A stretch of 64,000 nt of DNA, from assembly GCA_947169285.1 (NCBI GenBank), contig CAMVPB010000005.1, positions 545 to 64,544 of the forward strand. Reading direction: 5' to 3'. This document shows, piece after piece, positions 39,409 through 50,987 of this stretch. Below the pieces are notes generated by a model, which saw only the letters and a program-made list of their open reading frames with translations, made no database searches and was not told where the DNA came from. The DNA is from an uncultured bacterium. GTDB taxonomy: Bacteria; Bacillota_I; Bacilli_A; RF39; UBA660. Every line of letters begins with the position of its first letter. The first letter of the stretch is position 1. The position numbers were made by a program, and so were the translations under genes.

Positions 39409-40011
39409 ATGGAAAAAAGATATTTGTTAGATTTAGGAGATTTAATTAGTAATTTATTTCTCATATTAATGGAAAATGAAATTGATGTTGATAAAATTAC
39501 ATATAGTCAAATAGAACAATTTAGAGAAATTCTTGAAAAAGAAGCAGAGAATAATGAAATGAAATTATCATTTATATTAAGTAGAGATGAAACTGCAAAG
39601 TTCTTTAGTTACAATAGATCTACTTTTGAAAAACAAGATGATAATACAATTATAATAAAAGAAGGTGTAACACCAATTCATTTGATTTATGATTATAGAT
39701 CATCTTTACCTTTAGATGTTCTATTACTTATTATAAGTGATGAAGTTAGAACTAAAACCCTTAATATAATGGGATATGAAAAATTAAAAGAACCAGCAAC
39801 AAAAGATATTGAGTATTATATAAATAACTTAAAAGAATCAATTAATTCTTATGCATCAAAAATGGAATTTGAAAAATGTATAGAATTAAGAGAAAATTTG
39901 CGTAGACTTAATTTTATTCAAAATCTCATGAATCCAGCTCAAGAAGAAACAAAAAGTGAAAAAGGAAAAACTTATATAAAAATTAATAAAGATAAAAAAT
40001 CACAAGACTAG
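39409..40011 (+). CDS. Hypothetical protein with UVR-like motif, 200 aa
   Basis: FEKCIELRENLRRL resembles a UvrB/UvrC-type UVR motif. A hairpin terminator (agactagataaaactagtct) follows. Confidence 0.4.
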   Translation: MEKRYLLDLGDLISNLFLILMENEIDVDKITYSQIEQFREILEKEAENNEMKLSFILSRDETAKFFSYNRSTFEKQDDNTIIIKEGVTPIHLIYDYRSSLPLDVLLLIISDEVRTKTLNIMGYEKLKEPATKDIEYYINNLKESINSYASKMEFEKCIELRENLRRLNFIQNLMNPAQEETKSEKGKTYIKINKDKKSQD

Positions 40012-40054
40012 ATAAAACTAGTCTTTTTTATGTTATAATGTATTAAGTTAGGAG

Positions 40055-40918
40055 TTGATCCAAATGAATGAAAATAAAACTAATATAAATTGGTATCCAG
40101 GACATATGGCTAAAACTAAAAGAGAAATTAAAGAATTAATTGATACTATTGATATAGTAATATCTTTAGTTGATGCTAGAATTCCTATTAGTTCTTATAT
40201 TAAAGATTTAAATGAATTAATTAAAAATAAAAAAGTTATTATAGTATTTAATAAATATGATTTATGTGATAAAGATAAAACAGATAAATTTATTGAATAT
40301 TATGAAGGCAAATATTTTAAAGTAGTAACTTGTGATTCTAAAAATAGTAATGATTATAAAAAAATTGTTTCTACTTGCGAAGATGCAATGAAAGATATTA
40401 ATTTTAAAAGAAAAGAAAAAGGATTGTTACCTAAGAAAGCAAAATGTTTAATAATAGGAGTTCCTAATGTTGGAAAGAGTACTTTAATTAATAAAATAGT
40501 TGGTAAAAAAGTTGCCAACGTTGGTAATAAACCTGGTGTCACTAAGAATTTAAATACTCTTAGAATAAATGATAAAATTGATCTTGTGGATAGTCCAGGA
40601 ATATTATGGCCTAAGCTTGATAATGATGAAATTGCTTTAAATCTTGCTAGTATGGGAATTATTAAAGAAGAGATACTTCCCATTGATAAGGTTGCTGTTC
40701 ATATATTAAAAAAATTAAATGAATCATATAAAGATATACTTAATAAAGAATTAGGTATTAAAGAGTTTGAAATTGATGATATAGTTAATATGTATGAAAT
40801 AATCTCTAAATATAGAAATATCCCATTTAAAGATGGAGAAGCAGATTATGATAGAATAAGTTCTTTAATATTAAATCTTGTAAAAAATGAAACTATAAAA
40901 AATATAACTTTTGATTAA
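40055..40918 (+). CDS. rbgA: Ribosome biogenesis GTPase A (YlqF/RbgA)
   Basis: NWYPGHMAKTKRE start and a circularly permuted GTPase (DARIP ... GVPNVGKST). Confidence 0.8.
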   Translation: MIQMNENKTNINWYPGHMAKTKREIKELIDTIDIVISLVDARIPISSYIKDLNELIKNKKVIIVFNKYDLCDKDKTDKFIEYYEGKYFKVVTCDSKNSNDYKKIVSTCEDAMKDINFKRKEKGLLPKKAKCLIIGVPNVGKSTLINKIVGKKVANVGNKPGVTKNLNTLRINDKIDLVDSPGILWPKLDNDEIALNLASMGIIKEEILPIDKVAVHILKKLNESYKDILNKELGIKEFEIDDIVNMYEIISKYRNIPFKDGEADYDRISSLILNLVKNETIKNITFD

Positions 40919-40929
40919 AAGGAGTAAAT

Positions 40930-41733
40930 ATGGAAAAATTATTAGATAAACTTATAAATCTTGGCATAGAATACGGGACTAAATTATTAATAGCATTAAT
41001 TATTTTATTAATAGGAAATAGATTAATTAAATTATTAGATAAATTTTTAAAAAAAGAGCACAAATTTTCTAAAATAGATCCTAGTGTTAAAGATTTTATA
41101 GTTAGTTTTATTAATATTTCATTAAAAGTATTATTATTTATAACTATACTTAGTATTCTTGGGATACCAATGACTTCGCTAATAACAATCCTTGGTTCAG
41201 CTGCAGTTGCAATTGGTCTTGCTCTTCAAGGCGGACTTTCTAACTTAGCGGGTGGTTTAATGATACTTATATTTAAGCCGTTTAAAGTTGGGGATTATAT
41301 TGAGGCAAATGGTAAAGAAGGAACAGTAAAATCTATATCCTTATTTTATACATCAATTATAACTATTGATAATAAAGTTATACAACTTCCTAATGGTGGA
41401 CTTTCTAATACGCCAATTACAAATTATACAATGAATAAAAAAAGACTACTTGATGTCATAATATCAGTTTCTTATAAATCAAATATTGATAAAACTAAAA
41501 AAGTGATAATTGATACATTAAATAGTATTGATACAATATTAAAAGATGAATCAATTTTAGTAAGGCTTAAAACTCATAATTCATCATCGCTTGATTTTGT
41601 TGTAAGAGCCTGGGTAAATACACCTGATTATTGGAATACATATTATGAATTTATGGAGGAAGTTAAAAAGAATCTGGATAAAAATAAAATTGAAATACCT
41701 TATCCACAAATGGATGTGCACATTACAAAATAA
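40930..41733 (+). CDS. Small-conductance mechanosensitive channel (MscS family)
   Basis: TM segments followed by LSNLAGGLMILIFKPFKVGDYIE and a beta-domain. Confidence 0.75.
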   Translation: MEKLLDKLINLGIEYGTKLLIALIILLIGNRLIKLLDKFLKKEHKFSKIDPSVKDFIVSFINISLKVLLFITILSILGIPMTSLITILGSAAVAIGLALQGGLSNLAGGLMILIFKPFKVGDYIEANGKEGTVKSISLFYTSIITIDNKVIQLPNGGLSNTPITNYTMNKKRLLDVIISVSYKSNIDKTKKVIIDTLNSIDTILKDESILVRLKTHNSSSLDFVVRAWVNTPDYWNTYYEFMEEVKKNLDKNKIEIPYPQMDVHITK

Positions 41734-41812
41734 TGTGTTTTTATTTGTTTTAATTGACATTTGTTTACATTTGTGTTATAATTATACCAGTTTTTAAAGG
41801 GGGGGATTAAAA

Positions 41813-42451
41813 ATGAATAATTATAATAATAATTATATTCAAAAAAGAAATGCAGAAAAGAATTCTAAAATGATGGGAAAGGATATAGCTGAAGCTGAAC
41901 ATTATAAAGAAATAAAAAAAGTGATTAGTGAATGTGCAAATATAATCGCTAAAAAGTATGGATTTTCACAAAACACATGTGAAAGAATTATATCATTAAT
42001 TTATGAGGATAAGGGCGCAGTAACTGAATTACCATTAAGAATCAACTATGTTGTAAATATTTTAGAGAAATATGGTTATTCTTCAGAACAAGCTATTGAT
42101 GTTATTGATTCAAACTTTTCGCTAATAAAACAAAAACCACTTAGTTTATTACATAATTTAGCAATAGCTAATCAATATGGATTTGATGAAGAATTATTAA
42201 TTAATAATGCAAAATATTCAAATATTAATGAAAAAGAATTATATGCATTAATAGAACAATTAAAAGAAAATGGTTCTAATGTAACTTTAGAAAATGTATT
42301 AGAATTAAATGTTAAATTTAGAAACAATAGAAAAATGTCAAATCTTATAGAAAAACATCAATTAGAAAAAAGAAAACTTTATGTATATCTTACTCTATAT
42401 GAAAGAAATATGAATTGTGATATAAATAAAGATATAATATTAACTAAATAA
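41813..42451 (+). CDS. Hypothetical protein, 212 aa
   Basis: ORF with RBS (aagggggg). Confidence 0.45.
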   Translation: MNNYNNNYIQKRNAEKNSKMMGKDIAEAEHYKEIKKVISECANIIAKKYGFSQNTCERIISLIYEDKGAVTELPLRINYVVNILEKYGYSSEQAIDVIDSNFSLIKQKPLSLLHNLAIANQYGFDEELLINNAKYSNINEKELYALIEQLKENGSNVTLENVLELNVKFRNNRKMSNLIEKHQLEKRKLYVYLTLYERNMNCDINKDIILTK

Positions 42452-42470
42452 GTGTGAAAACACTTATTTT

Positions 42471-43112
42471 TTGTTGTATAATAATTTTATGGAAATGTTG
42501 GGATTTGAAAAAAAATTATATAAAAAAGGATATAACTTAATAGGAGGTATTGATGAAGTTGGAAGAGGACCGTTAGTTGGACCGGTAGTCGCTGCTTGTG
42601 TTATACTTCCTAAAAATTTTTATCATGAAAGTATTAAAGATTCTAAAAAGTTATCTGAGAAAAAAAGAGAAGAATTGTATGATATCATTATGAACAATGC
42701 TATTGATGTTGGAATAGGTATTATAGATTCAAAAAGAATAGATGAAATAAATATATATGAAGCTACTAAAGAAGCTATGCTAACGGCAATTAATAATATG
42801 AAGCTAAAACCCGAATATTTATTAATTGATGCTATGAAATTAAATACTAATATTCCATATGAAGCAATTATAAAAGGCGATGCTAAAAGTGAGTCAATTG
42901 CTGCCGCTTCTATAATTGCAAAAGTTACAAGGGATAGAATGCTAATTGAACTAGATAAAGAGTATCCTATGTATAACTTTAAAAAAAATAAAGGCTATGG
43001 TACAAAAGAACATATAGAAGCAATTAATAAGTATGGAGTACTTGATAGTCATAGGAGAAGTTTCAAACCAGTAATGGATGTAATATTAAAAGAAAAAGTA
43101 GAACAAAAGTAG
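42471..43112 (+). CDS. rnhB: Ribonuclease HII
   Basis: [15 protein letters not shown] and DSKKLS motifs. Confidence 0.9.
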   Translation: MLYNNFMEMLGFEKKLYKKGYNLIGGIDEVGRGPLVGPVVAACVILPKNFYHESIKDSKKLSEKKREELYDIIMNNAIDVGIGIIDSKRIDEINIYEATKEAMLTAINNMKLKPEYLLIDAMKLNTNIPYEAIIKGDAKSESIAAASIIAKVTRDRMLIELDKEYPMYNFKKNKGYGTKEHIEAINKYGVLDSHRRSFKPVMDVILKEKVEQK

Positions 43113-43149
43113 TTAGTATGTTATAATTTACTAGGAAAGAGGTTATATT

Positions 43150-44325
43150 ATGAAAATTTTAAGTATTAATGCAGGAAGTTCATCTTTAAAATACACTTTA
43201 TTTGAAATGCCAGAAGAAAAAGTTTTGGTTTCAGGTGTATTTGAAAGAATAGGCATGGATAAAAGTATGTATTCAATTAAAATAAATGGAGAAAAGCAAG
43301 TTATTGAAACCCCACTTAAAGATCATAAACAAGCTTTTGAAATTCTTATTAATGAACTTATTAAAAATAATATAGTAGAAAGTTTAGATGAAATAAAAGG
43401 GATAGGGCATAGAGTTGCTCATGGTGGATCTTATTTTGATAAAACAGTAGTTGTTGATGAAGATGTTATTTCTAAAATTGAAGAATTAATAGCTTTAGCT
43501 CCACTTCATAATGGACCAGCTGTAACTGGTATAAGAGCTGCACAATCTGTTATACCAAATGCAGTAAATACAGTTGTATTTGATACAGCATTTCATCAAA
43601 CAATGGATGAAGAGAACTATTTATATGCTGTTCCTTATGAATGGTGTAAAGATTACAAAATAAGAAGATATGGTATGCATGGTACATCTCATAAATATGT
43701 AGCTAGTTATGCTAATAAATTACTAGGAAGAATGGATACCAAATTAATTACTTGTCATATTGGTAATGGGGCAAGTATTTCAGCAGTTAAAGGTGGTAAA
43801 TGTATAAATACTTCAATGGGACTTACACCAAATGCGGGATTAATCATGGGAACACGTTCAGGTGATATTGATGCTTCAATAGTTCCTTATATGATGAAAC
43901 AAATGAATTTATCTCCTGATGAAATAGATACTATTTTAAATAAGAAAAGTGGTTTACTTGGAATAAGTGGAGTAAGTTCTGATTCAAGAGATATTGAAGA
44001 AGGTATTTATGCTGGTAATGAAAGATGTGTTTTAGCTCAAAAAATGTATGTAAGAAGAATAATAGATTATATAGCTAAATATTATGTTGAACTTGAAGGC
44101 TGTGATGCAATTATATTTACAGCAGGAGTTGGAGAAAATTCAATTCACACTAGAAAAGAAGTTGTTAATGGTTTATCTGTTTTAGGTGTAAGACTTAATG
44201 AAGAAGCAAATAATTGCAGAGGTAAAGTACAAAAAATATCAACAGATGATTCATCAATACCAGTATATGTAATACCAACTGATGAAGAATTAATGATAGC
44301 AAGAGACACATTTAATTTAATATAA
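43150..44325 (+). CDS. ackA: Acetate kinase
   Basis: ILSINAGSSSLKY start, HRVAHGG and TCHIGNGASI motifs. Confidence 0.9.
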   Translation: MKILSINAGSSSLKYTLFEMPEEKVLVSGVFERIGMDKSMYSIKINGEKQVIETPLKDHKQAFEILINELIKNNIVESLDEIKGIGHRVAHGGSYFDKTVVVDEDVISKIEELIALAPLHNGPAVTGIRAAQSVIPNAVNTVVFDTAFHQTMDEENYLYAVPYEWCKDYKIRRYGMHGTSHKYVASYANKLLGRMDTKLITCHIGNGASISAVKGGKCINTSMGLTPNAGLIMGTRSGDIDASIVPYMMKQMNLSPDEIDTILNKKSGLLGISGVSSDSRDIEEGIYAGNERCVLAQKMYVRRIIDYIAKYYVELEGCDAIIFTAGVGENSIHTRKEVVNGLSVLGVRLNEEANNCRGKVQKISTDDSSIPVYVIPTDEELMIARDTFNLI

Positions 44326-44353
44326 AAGATAAAGAAATAGAAAGGGTTAGTAA

Positions 44354-45316
44354 ATGATAACCATAAGTAAAAAAATATATAATGAAATAAAAAAATATAA
44401 TACTATTTACATTGCAAGACATATAGGACCAGATCCTGATGCGATGGGTAGTCAAATGGGATTAAAAGAATCTATTTCTATAACTTTTCCATCTAAAAAA
44501 GTTTATGCAGTTGGTTCTTCAGTTGCAAGATTTAAATATTTTGGAAAGCTGGATAAAGTAGATAAATATGATTATGAAAACTCACTTTTAATATGTGTAG
44601 ATGTACCAGATTTTAAAAGAATAGATATTCCATATATTGAAAGATTTAAAAATGTTATAAAAATTGATCATCATCCTATTGTAGATAAATTTGGCGAAAT
44701 TGAATGTGTTGATATTAATGCTACAAGTGCAGCAGAAGTTGTATTAAAAGTAATTAGTGATACTAAACTTAAGATGAATAAAAGAGTGGCTGAAAACTTA
44801 TTTATAGGCATTATGTCTGACTCAAATAGATTAATGTTTTCACCGGTGGGATATAAACAATTCTATTTAGTTTCACAACTTATATATAAATATAAATTAG
44901 ATATACAAGAATTATATTCAAAATTATATAAAAGACCTTTATCAGAAGTAAGACTTATGGGCTATATTGCATCTAACCTAAAAGTAACCAAAAACAAATT
45001 TGCTTTTATAGAATTAGAAGAAGATATAATAACATCTTTAAAAGCAGATGTATCAAGTGCATCTAATATGATAAATGAATTTAATAATATTGATGAAATT
45101 CTTGTGTGGATGTTTATTTCACGAGATGAAAAAAATGATATGTTTAGAATAAACATTAGGAGTAGAGGTCCATCTATCAATGAAATAGCTACTAAATATA
45201 ATGGTGGTGGTCACAAATATGCTTCAGGTGTTAGGACTAAAAGTAGAGAAGATATTGAATTAATTGAAAATGATCTTGATGAGTTATGTAAAAATTATTT
45301 AAAAGAAAACGAATAA
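44354..45316 (+). CDS. nrnA: DHH-family phosphoesterase (NrnA-like oligoribonuclease/pAp phosphatase)
   Basis: DHH motif IKIDHHPI and DHHA1 GGGH (NGGGHKYASG). Confidence 0.75.
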   Translation: MITISKKIYNEIKKYNTIYIARHIGPDPDAMGSQMGLKESISITFPSKKVYAVGSSVARFKYFGKLDKVDKYDYENSLLICVDVPDFKRIDIPYIERFKNVIKIDHHPIVDKFGEIECVDINATSAAEVVLKVISDTKLKMNKRVAENLFIGIMSDSNRLMFSPVGYKQFYLVSQLIYKYKLDIQELYSKLYKRPLSEVRLMGYIASNLKVTKNKFAFIELEEDIITSLKADVSSASNMINEFNNIDEILVWMFISRDEKNDMFRINIRSRGPSINEIATKYNGGGHKYASGVRTKSREDIELIENDLDELCKNYLKENE

Positions 45317-45388
45317 GGTCAAAGTGTTAAAAGATAATTAACAATTATCTTTTTTTGTGGTAAGATATTCTATGAAGGGAAGATTATT

Positions 45389-45910
45389 ATGACAAGCAAA
45401 AAAAAGACAATAAAAAAAGTTAATAAAAAGGTAGATAAAAAAGTTGAAGAAGAAAATGAAATGAAAAGTTTACTTAAAACAATTATTATTGTTTTGATTT
45501 CATTTTTGATATGCTATTTATTATTTTTATTAATGGGAAAAGCAGGTATGTTTGAAAAAGGATATGAGAAACCAAATAACGCTTCTAATGATTTCACATA
45601 TGATACAGCAATAATAGGTACCGTATTTAATAGACCAGAGAATGAGTATTATGTGGCATTTGATGAAGAAAATGGAAGCAAGTATTTTGAATCATTACTT
45701 GGCTTATATAAAGGGTCTTTACAAATTTACAAAGTTAATATGTCACTGGGTATTAATGCTAAATATAAGAGTGAAATAGGTAATAAGAAAGCTATTAGGC
45801 CAAACGAATTAAAAATAGCTACTCCAACTTTAATTAAAATTAAAAATGGTAGTATTGTTAAATATTTAGAGAGCATTAATGATATTGAATCTGAATTAAG
45901 TAATAATTAG
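45389..45910 (+). CDS. Hypothetical membrane-anchored protein, 173 aa
   Basis: Lysine-rich N-terminus followed by a TM helix. Confidence 0.45.
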   Translation: MTSKKKTIKKVNKKVDKKVEEENEMKSLLKTIIIVLISFLICYLLFLLMGKAGMFEKGYEKPNNASNDFTYDTAIIGTVFNRPENEYYVAFDEENGSKYFESLLGLYKGSLQIYKVNMSLGINAKYKSEIGNKKAIRPNELKIATPTLIKIKNGSIVKYLESINDIESELSNN

Positions 45911-45920
45911 TACATTTTAT

Positions 45921-46691
45921 ATGTACTTTTTATTTTGTAGTGATATAATAAATTTAAATTTATTTGAGGTGTATATGCAACAATATTTTGGTGAATCTAA
46001 AAAGGGGAATATAATTAATCTTAACAAAAAAGATTTTAATCATATAAAAAATGTTATGAGAATGAAAGGCTTTGAGGAAGTCTTTGTAGTAATGGATAAT
46101 AAAAGGTATTTGTGTTCTATGAATGAAGACTTAAAGAGTGTCACTATTAAAGAAGAATTACAAACTAAAATGAAAGCTAAAAAAAGAGAAATACTTTTAT
46201 ATGTGCCATTTTTACAAGATGAAAAAATGAGTCTAATATTTCAAAAAGGTACTGAACTTGGCGTAACTAAATTCATTGTTGTTGATTTTGAACATTCAAA
46301 ATACAAATTAGATATTGATAAAAAAACAAAAAAGCTAGAAAGATGGAATAAAATAATTGTTGAAGCATCTGAACAATCTTATAGAAATGATATACCAGTA
46401 TTAGAAAAATTTGTTAGTGTTGAAGAAATAAAGCCTGTAAAGGGAATGAATATTGTTTGTTCACTTGACACTTCTTGTGTAAAAATGATATCTGAAGTAA
46501 TAAATAGTGATACTTTATGTGATAAAATATCTATAGTATTTGGACCAGAAGGCGGTATATCCAAATCAGAAGAAGATATTATAGTTTCTCTTGGCTTTGA
46601 AAGAGTAAGCCTTGGTAAGAATGTACTTAGAACTGAAACAGCTGGGTTATATGTAATATCTATAATAAAATATCTTGAAGGATGTGAATAA
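45921..46691 (+). CDS. rsmE: 16S rRNA (uracil1498-N3)-methyltransferase RsmE family (possible start 45975)
   Basis: VFGPEGGISKSEEDI and the C-terminal RTETAG SPOUT motif. Confidence 0.7.
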   Translation: MYFLFCSDIINLNLFEVYMQQYFGESKKGNIINLNKKDFNHIKNVMRMKGFEEVFVVMDNKRYLCSMNEDLKSVTIKEELQTKMKAKKREILLYVPFLQDEKMSLIFQKGTELGVTKFIVVDFEHSKYKLDIDKKTKKLERWNKIIVEASEQSYRNDIPVLEKFVSVEEIKPVKGMNIVCSLDTSCVKMISEVINSDTLCDKISIVFGPEGGISKSEEDIIVSLGFERVSLGKNVLRTETAGLYVISIIKYLEGCE

Positions 46692-47346
46692 TATGGATAA
46701 TATAATTAATTTCTTATATGTATTCTTTAACGGAGATTTTTTTGTAGTCATAATTGTGGCTTTAATATTGATTTTGGCTGTAGTTTTATTTGGACTTGTT
46801 AAAACACAAAGAGAATATGAAAAATTATTAGAAGAAAAAGAATCTAAAAAAGAAGAAATAGAAAAAACTGAGAGTGTTGAAGAAAGTAATAAACTAGTAG
46901 AAGAAAACATAAATGAATCTTTAAAAGAAGAAAAAATTGTTAAAGAAAATGTTGAACCTATTTTAGAGATAGAAAATACTAAAGAAATTAATCCAATTGA
47001 AGCATATGAACTTGATGAAGAGGCTAATGCTGTTATAAGTACTAAAGAACTTGAAAGTATTGAAAAAGAAAGAGATGAGTTGTATGGTGCTGAAAACAAT
47101 GCAAAATTAATTGAAGAATATGAAACAGAACAAGAGAATAAAGCAATAATAAGTTATAGTGAATTACTTAAAAATGCCAATAGTTTAGAATTAGAATACA
47201 TTGAGAAGCCAAAAGAAGATGAGGAAGCACCAGTAGTTAAACAAGTCGAAGTAAAGCAATCCTTTAAAGGGGTTACCTATGTTGCTGAAGAAGAATATTT
47301 AAAACTATTAAAAGAATTGAGGAAGAATTTAACTTTAAATGGATAA
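46675..47346 (+). CDS. Hypothetical membrane-anchored Glu-rich protein, 223 aa
   Basis: N-terminal TM segment and a coiled-coil-like acidic region. Confidence 0.45.
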   Translation: MKDVNNMDNIINFLYVFFNGDFFVVIIVALILILAVVLFGLVKTQREYEKLLEEKESKKEEIEKTESVEESNKLVEENINESLKEEKIVKENVEPILEIENTKEINPIEAYELDEEANAVISTKELESIEKERDELYGAENNAKLIEEYETEQENKAIISYSELLKNANSLELEYIEKPKEDEEAPVVKQVEVKQSFKGVTYVAEEEYLKLLKELRKNLTLNG

Positions 47347-48589
47347 AACAGTATGTGTTAAAAATTTGGGTTGTAAAGTAAATGCTTATGAGTGTGAATT
47401 TATCATGAGCCTTTTTTTGAGTGAGGGATATAAAATAACAGATGAAAATGCTAGTGTATATGTAATAAATACTTGTACTGTTACTAATGAGGCTGATAAG
47501 AAAAGTAGAAAGACTATAAATAGTATAAAGAAACATAATCCAAATTCTGTTGTTATTGCAGTTGGATGTTATACTCAAAATTTATATAATACTAATAAAA
47601 ATATTGATATAAATGCAGATATTATTTTAGGTAATAAAGATAAAAGTAAAATAATTGAATATTTAAATGAGTATTTAAAGAATAAAGAAAAAATATCTAA
47701 ATTTTATGATGCCAAATATACTAAGTTTGAAGATATGGAAATAAATCATTTAGAAAGTCATACAAGAGCTTTTATTAAAATTCAAGATGGCTGTGATAAT
47801 TATTGCTCTTATTGTGTTATTCCATATGTAAGAGGAGATGTAAAAAGTAAAAATAAAGATAAAGTATTAGAAGAAGTAAAGTCTTTAGTTAATAATGGTT
47901 ATAAAGAAATAGTTTTAACTGGTATACATACTGGTAAATATGGAACTGATTTAAATAATTATAATTTATATAATCTTTTATTAGATTTAATTGAAATAGA
48001 TAAATTAAAAAGAATAAGGATAAGTTCAATAGAAATAGTTGAAGTAGATGATAGAATAATATCGCTTTTAAATAATCCTAAAATTGCTGATCATCTTCAT
48101 TTGCCTCTTCAAAGCGGCTGTGATAAGATTTTAAAATTAATGAATAGAAGATATGATAAAAAATATTATGAAGAAAGAATAAATTTAATAAGAAAAGCAA
48201 ACCCAAATATATCAATAACAACAGATGTTATAGTTGGTTTTTCCGGAGAAACAGAAGAAGATTTTAATGAAACTTATGAGTTTTGTAATCGTATAGGATT
48301 TTCTAAAATACATGTATTCCCATATTCTGATAGAGATGGAACAAAGTCTTCTATGATGGATAATAAAGTGGATGATTTAGTAAAAAAAGAAAGAGTAAAA
48401 AAATTAATTGAACTTTCTAATTTATTAGAAAAAGAATATAGGAATAAATTTAATAATAAAAAACTTGATGTTTTATTTGAAAGAAAAAAACTTTTAACAT
48501 ATACAGGTTATTCTTCAAATTATATTGAAGTTAAAAAAATAGGTTTTTATAAATTAAATAATATTTATAAAGTTAAATATAAATGTTAA
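47339..48589 (+). CDS. mtaB: MiaB-like tRNA methylthiotransferase (MtaB/YqeV type)
   Basis: MTTase N-terminal domain (VKNLGCKVNAYE) and radical SAM CDNYCSYC, without a C-terminal TRAM extension typical of MiaB proper. Confidence 0.75.
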   Translation: MDKTVCVKNLGCKVNAYECEFIMSLFLSEGYKITDENASVYVINTCTVTNEADKKSRKTINSIKKHNPNSVVIAVGCYTQNLYNTNKNIDINADIILGNKDKSKIIEYLNEYLKNKEKISKFYDAKYTKFEDMEINHLESHTRAFIKIQDGCDNYCSYCVIPYVRGDVKSKNKDKVLEEVKSLVNNGYKEIVLTGIHTGKYGTDLNNYNLYNLLLDLIEIDKLKRIRISSIEIVEVDDRIISLLNNPKIADHLHLPLQSGCDKILKLMNRRYDKKYYEERINLIRKANPNISITTDVIVGFSGETEEDFNETYEFCNRIGFSKIHVFPYSDRDGTKSSMMDNKVDDLVKKERVKKLIELSNLLEKEYRNKFNNKKLDVLFERKKLLTYTGYSSNYIEVKKIGFYKLNNIYKVKYKC

Positions 48590-48598
48590 AATATTCAT

Positions 48599-50746
48599 AT
48601 GAGTGATTATGTAATTGGTAAAATAATTAGAATTATATATGAAAATAATACTAACTCCTATAAAGTAGGAGTTTTTAAGGTTAAAGATTCTAGTGGAAAC
48701 TTAAAAGAATATATTAATCATTCAATATCTTTTGTTGGAAATTTTAATAATTTAAGTAATGAAGTATTTTATAAATTTTATGGTAATATTGTTGAACACC
48801 CTAAATATGGAGAACAATTAAATGTTAATAATTATGAGATATGTAACCCAACTGATGAAGAAGAAATTATATCATATTTAGGTAGCGGTTTATTTAAAGG
48901 AATAGGTATTAAAACTGCTGAAAAAATAGTTGATAAATATGGTAATAAAACTATTGAAACAATAAAAAAAGATCCTTATGCTCTTAGTAAAATAAATGGA
49001 ATAAGTGTTAAAACATCATTATATATTCATGAAAAATTAAATTCACTTACTTATGAAGAAGAATTAATATCTAATTTAACTAAAATGGGTTTTGGTGTTA
49101 ATGAAAGTGTTAAAATAGTAAAAACTTGCGCCTTAAATTTACCGGATATAATTAAAAATAATTTATATATTTTAACTAATATAATTGATTTTGATAAAGT
49201 TGATTCAATATATAAAAAATATAATGATCAAAATAGTGATTTAAGAGTAGAAAATGTTATAACTCATTCTATTAAAAACGTTTGTTATAAAACTGGTAAT
49301 ACTTTGGCAAGCATAGAAGAAGTTTATATTGAAGTATTAAAATATTTTGATAATGATTTTAAATTATCAAGTTTCAAAATATATTTAAAAAATCTAATTG
49401 AGCAATTTAAAATTTATGAGTTTGATAATTATTTAATGCTTAATTATTTTTATGATACAGAAGAATACATAGGAGAAAGAATTAATTTATATAATAGAAT
49501 AAAAATAAAAGAAAGCGTTTCTAAGATTAAAAAATATCTTAATAAATTTGAAAAGAAAAACAATATTATTTTAAATGATGATCAAAAAGAAGCGATAATT
49601 GAAAGTATTAATAATAATTTATTTATAATAACAGGTGGACCTGGTACAGGTAAAACAACTATTATAAAAGCTATAGTAGATTACTATGAAGATAAAAATT
49701 CTATTGCTTTATTAGCTCCGACTGGGAGAAGTGCTAAAAGAATGTCTTATTCAGTTGGGGTTAATGCTTCAACTATACATAAATTCTTAAAATGGGATAA
49801 AGAGACAAGTACATTTGGATTAAACGAATATAATCAAAGTAAGGCAAAAATAGTAATAATAGATGAATTTAGTATGGTAGATATATTCTTGTTTTCTTCA
49901 CTTTTGAAATCTTTAAAGGACACAGTAAAACTCATATTAGTTGGAGACGCTAATCAACTTCCTAGTATCAATCCAGGTGATGTTTTATATGATTTATTAA
50001 ATTCAAATAACATAAATAAAAAATATTTAACTCAAATATATAGAACTAATGAAAAATCTTTTATAAATATTTTAGCTAATAGAATTAAAAACAAAGAATT
50101 AATTGAAGATGCAAATGATTATAATGATTTTAGATTTATTGAATCATCTGATAATAATATAATCAATAATTTAAAAGTAATATGTGAGAGTATTAAAAAT
50201 AAAAAAATGTCACTAGATGAATTTCAAGTATTAGTTCCAATGTATAAAGGGATAAATGGAATTGATAATTTAAATAAAATAATGCAAAATATATTTAATC
50301 CAAATAACAATGATATAGAAGAGTTAATAATAGGTAACACTATTTATAGAGAAAATGATAAAGTCATACAATTAATAAATGATGTTGATAATAATGTATT
50401 TAATGGTGATATAGGATATATTGAGAGGGTAAATAGCTATCCTAAAAAAAGTATAATAATAAATTTTTCTTCTCATAAAGTAGAATATGAACAAAATGAT
50501 TTTGATAAATTTAATTTAGCATATGCAGTAAGTATACATAAGTCTCAAGGTAGTGAGTATGATAATGTTGTCGTAATTATTTCAAATTCTCATAAAAGAA
50601 TGTTTTATAATAAATTGATTTATACCGCTTGTACAAGAGCTAAAAAGAATTTAATTGTAGTAGGTCAAAAAGATAATTTTAATTATTCAATAATGTCAAA
50701 TTATTCTGAAAAACGTATTACTCATTTAAAAGAATTTATAAAATAG
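48599..50746 (+). CDS. recD2: RecD2-like ATP-dependent DNA helicase (SF1B)
   Basis: Walker A GGPGTGKTT, DEFSMVD, a helix-hairpin-helix region, and C-terminal VSIHKSQGSEYD. Confidence 0.85.
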   Translation: MSDYVIGKIIRIIYENNTNSYKVGVFKVKDSSGNLKEYINHSISFVGNFNNLSNEVFYKFYGNIVEHPKYGEQLNVNNYEICNPTDEEEIISYLGSGLFKGIGIKTAEKIVDKYGNKTIETIKKDPYALSKINGISVKTSLYIHEKLNSLTYEEELISNLTKMGFGVNESVKIVKTCALNLPDIIKNNLYILTNIIDFDKVDSIYKKYNDQNSDLRVENVITHSIKNVCYKTGNTLASIEEVYIEVLKYFDNDFKLSSFKIYLKNLIEQFKIYEFDNYLMLNYFYDTEEYIGERINLYNRIKIKESVSKIKKYLNKFEKKNNIILNDDQKEAIIESINNNLFIITGGPGTGKTTIIKAIVDYYEDKNSIALLAPTGRSAKRMSYSVGVNASTIHKFLKWDKETSTFGLNEYNQSKAKIVIIDEFSMVDIFLFSSLLKSLKDTVKLILVGDANQLPSINPGDVLYDLLNSNNINKKYLTQIYRTNEKSFINILANRIKNKELIEDANDYNDFRFIESSDNNIINNLKVICESIKNKKMSLDEFQVLVPMYKGINGIDNLNKIMQNIFNPNNNDIEELIIGNTIYRENDKVIQLINDVDNNVFNGDIGYIERVNSYPKKSIIINFSSHKVEYEQNDFDKFNLAYAVSIHKSQGSEYDNVVVIISNSHKRMFYNKLIYTACTRAKKNLIVVGQKDNFNYSIMSNYSEKRITHLKEFIK

Positions 50747-50805
50747 TATAAATTAATATTAATAAGTAAACACTAATAATAAGGAGAGTGATTACTATAA
50801 AATTT

Positions 50806-50928
50806 ATGGAAAATATGCTTTATCTAGGAATTGGAGTTGGAGTTGGATATGTTTGTACTAAGTATGATAAAGGTATAACAAAAACATATAATAAAATGAA
50901 AAATAAAATGATGAAAAAGAGTTCGTAA
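50806..50928 (+). CDS. Possible small protein, 40 aa (MENMLYLGIGVGVGYVCTKYDKG...)
   Basis: RBS aaggagag 9 nt upstream, one hydrophobic segment. Not in the track because it is under 60 aa. Confidence 0.3.
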   Translation: MENMLYLGIGVGVGYVCTKYDKGITKTYNKMKNKMMKKSS

Positions 50929-50987
50929 TAGGACTTTTTTTTAAAATTAAAGCATGATATAATTATAAATAGAATGGAGAGATAAAA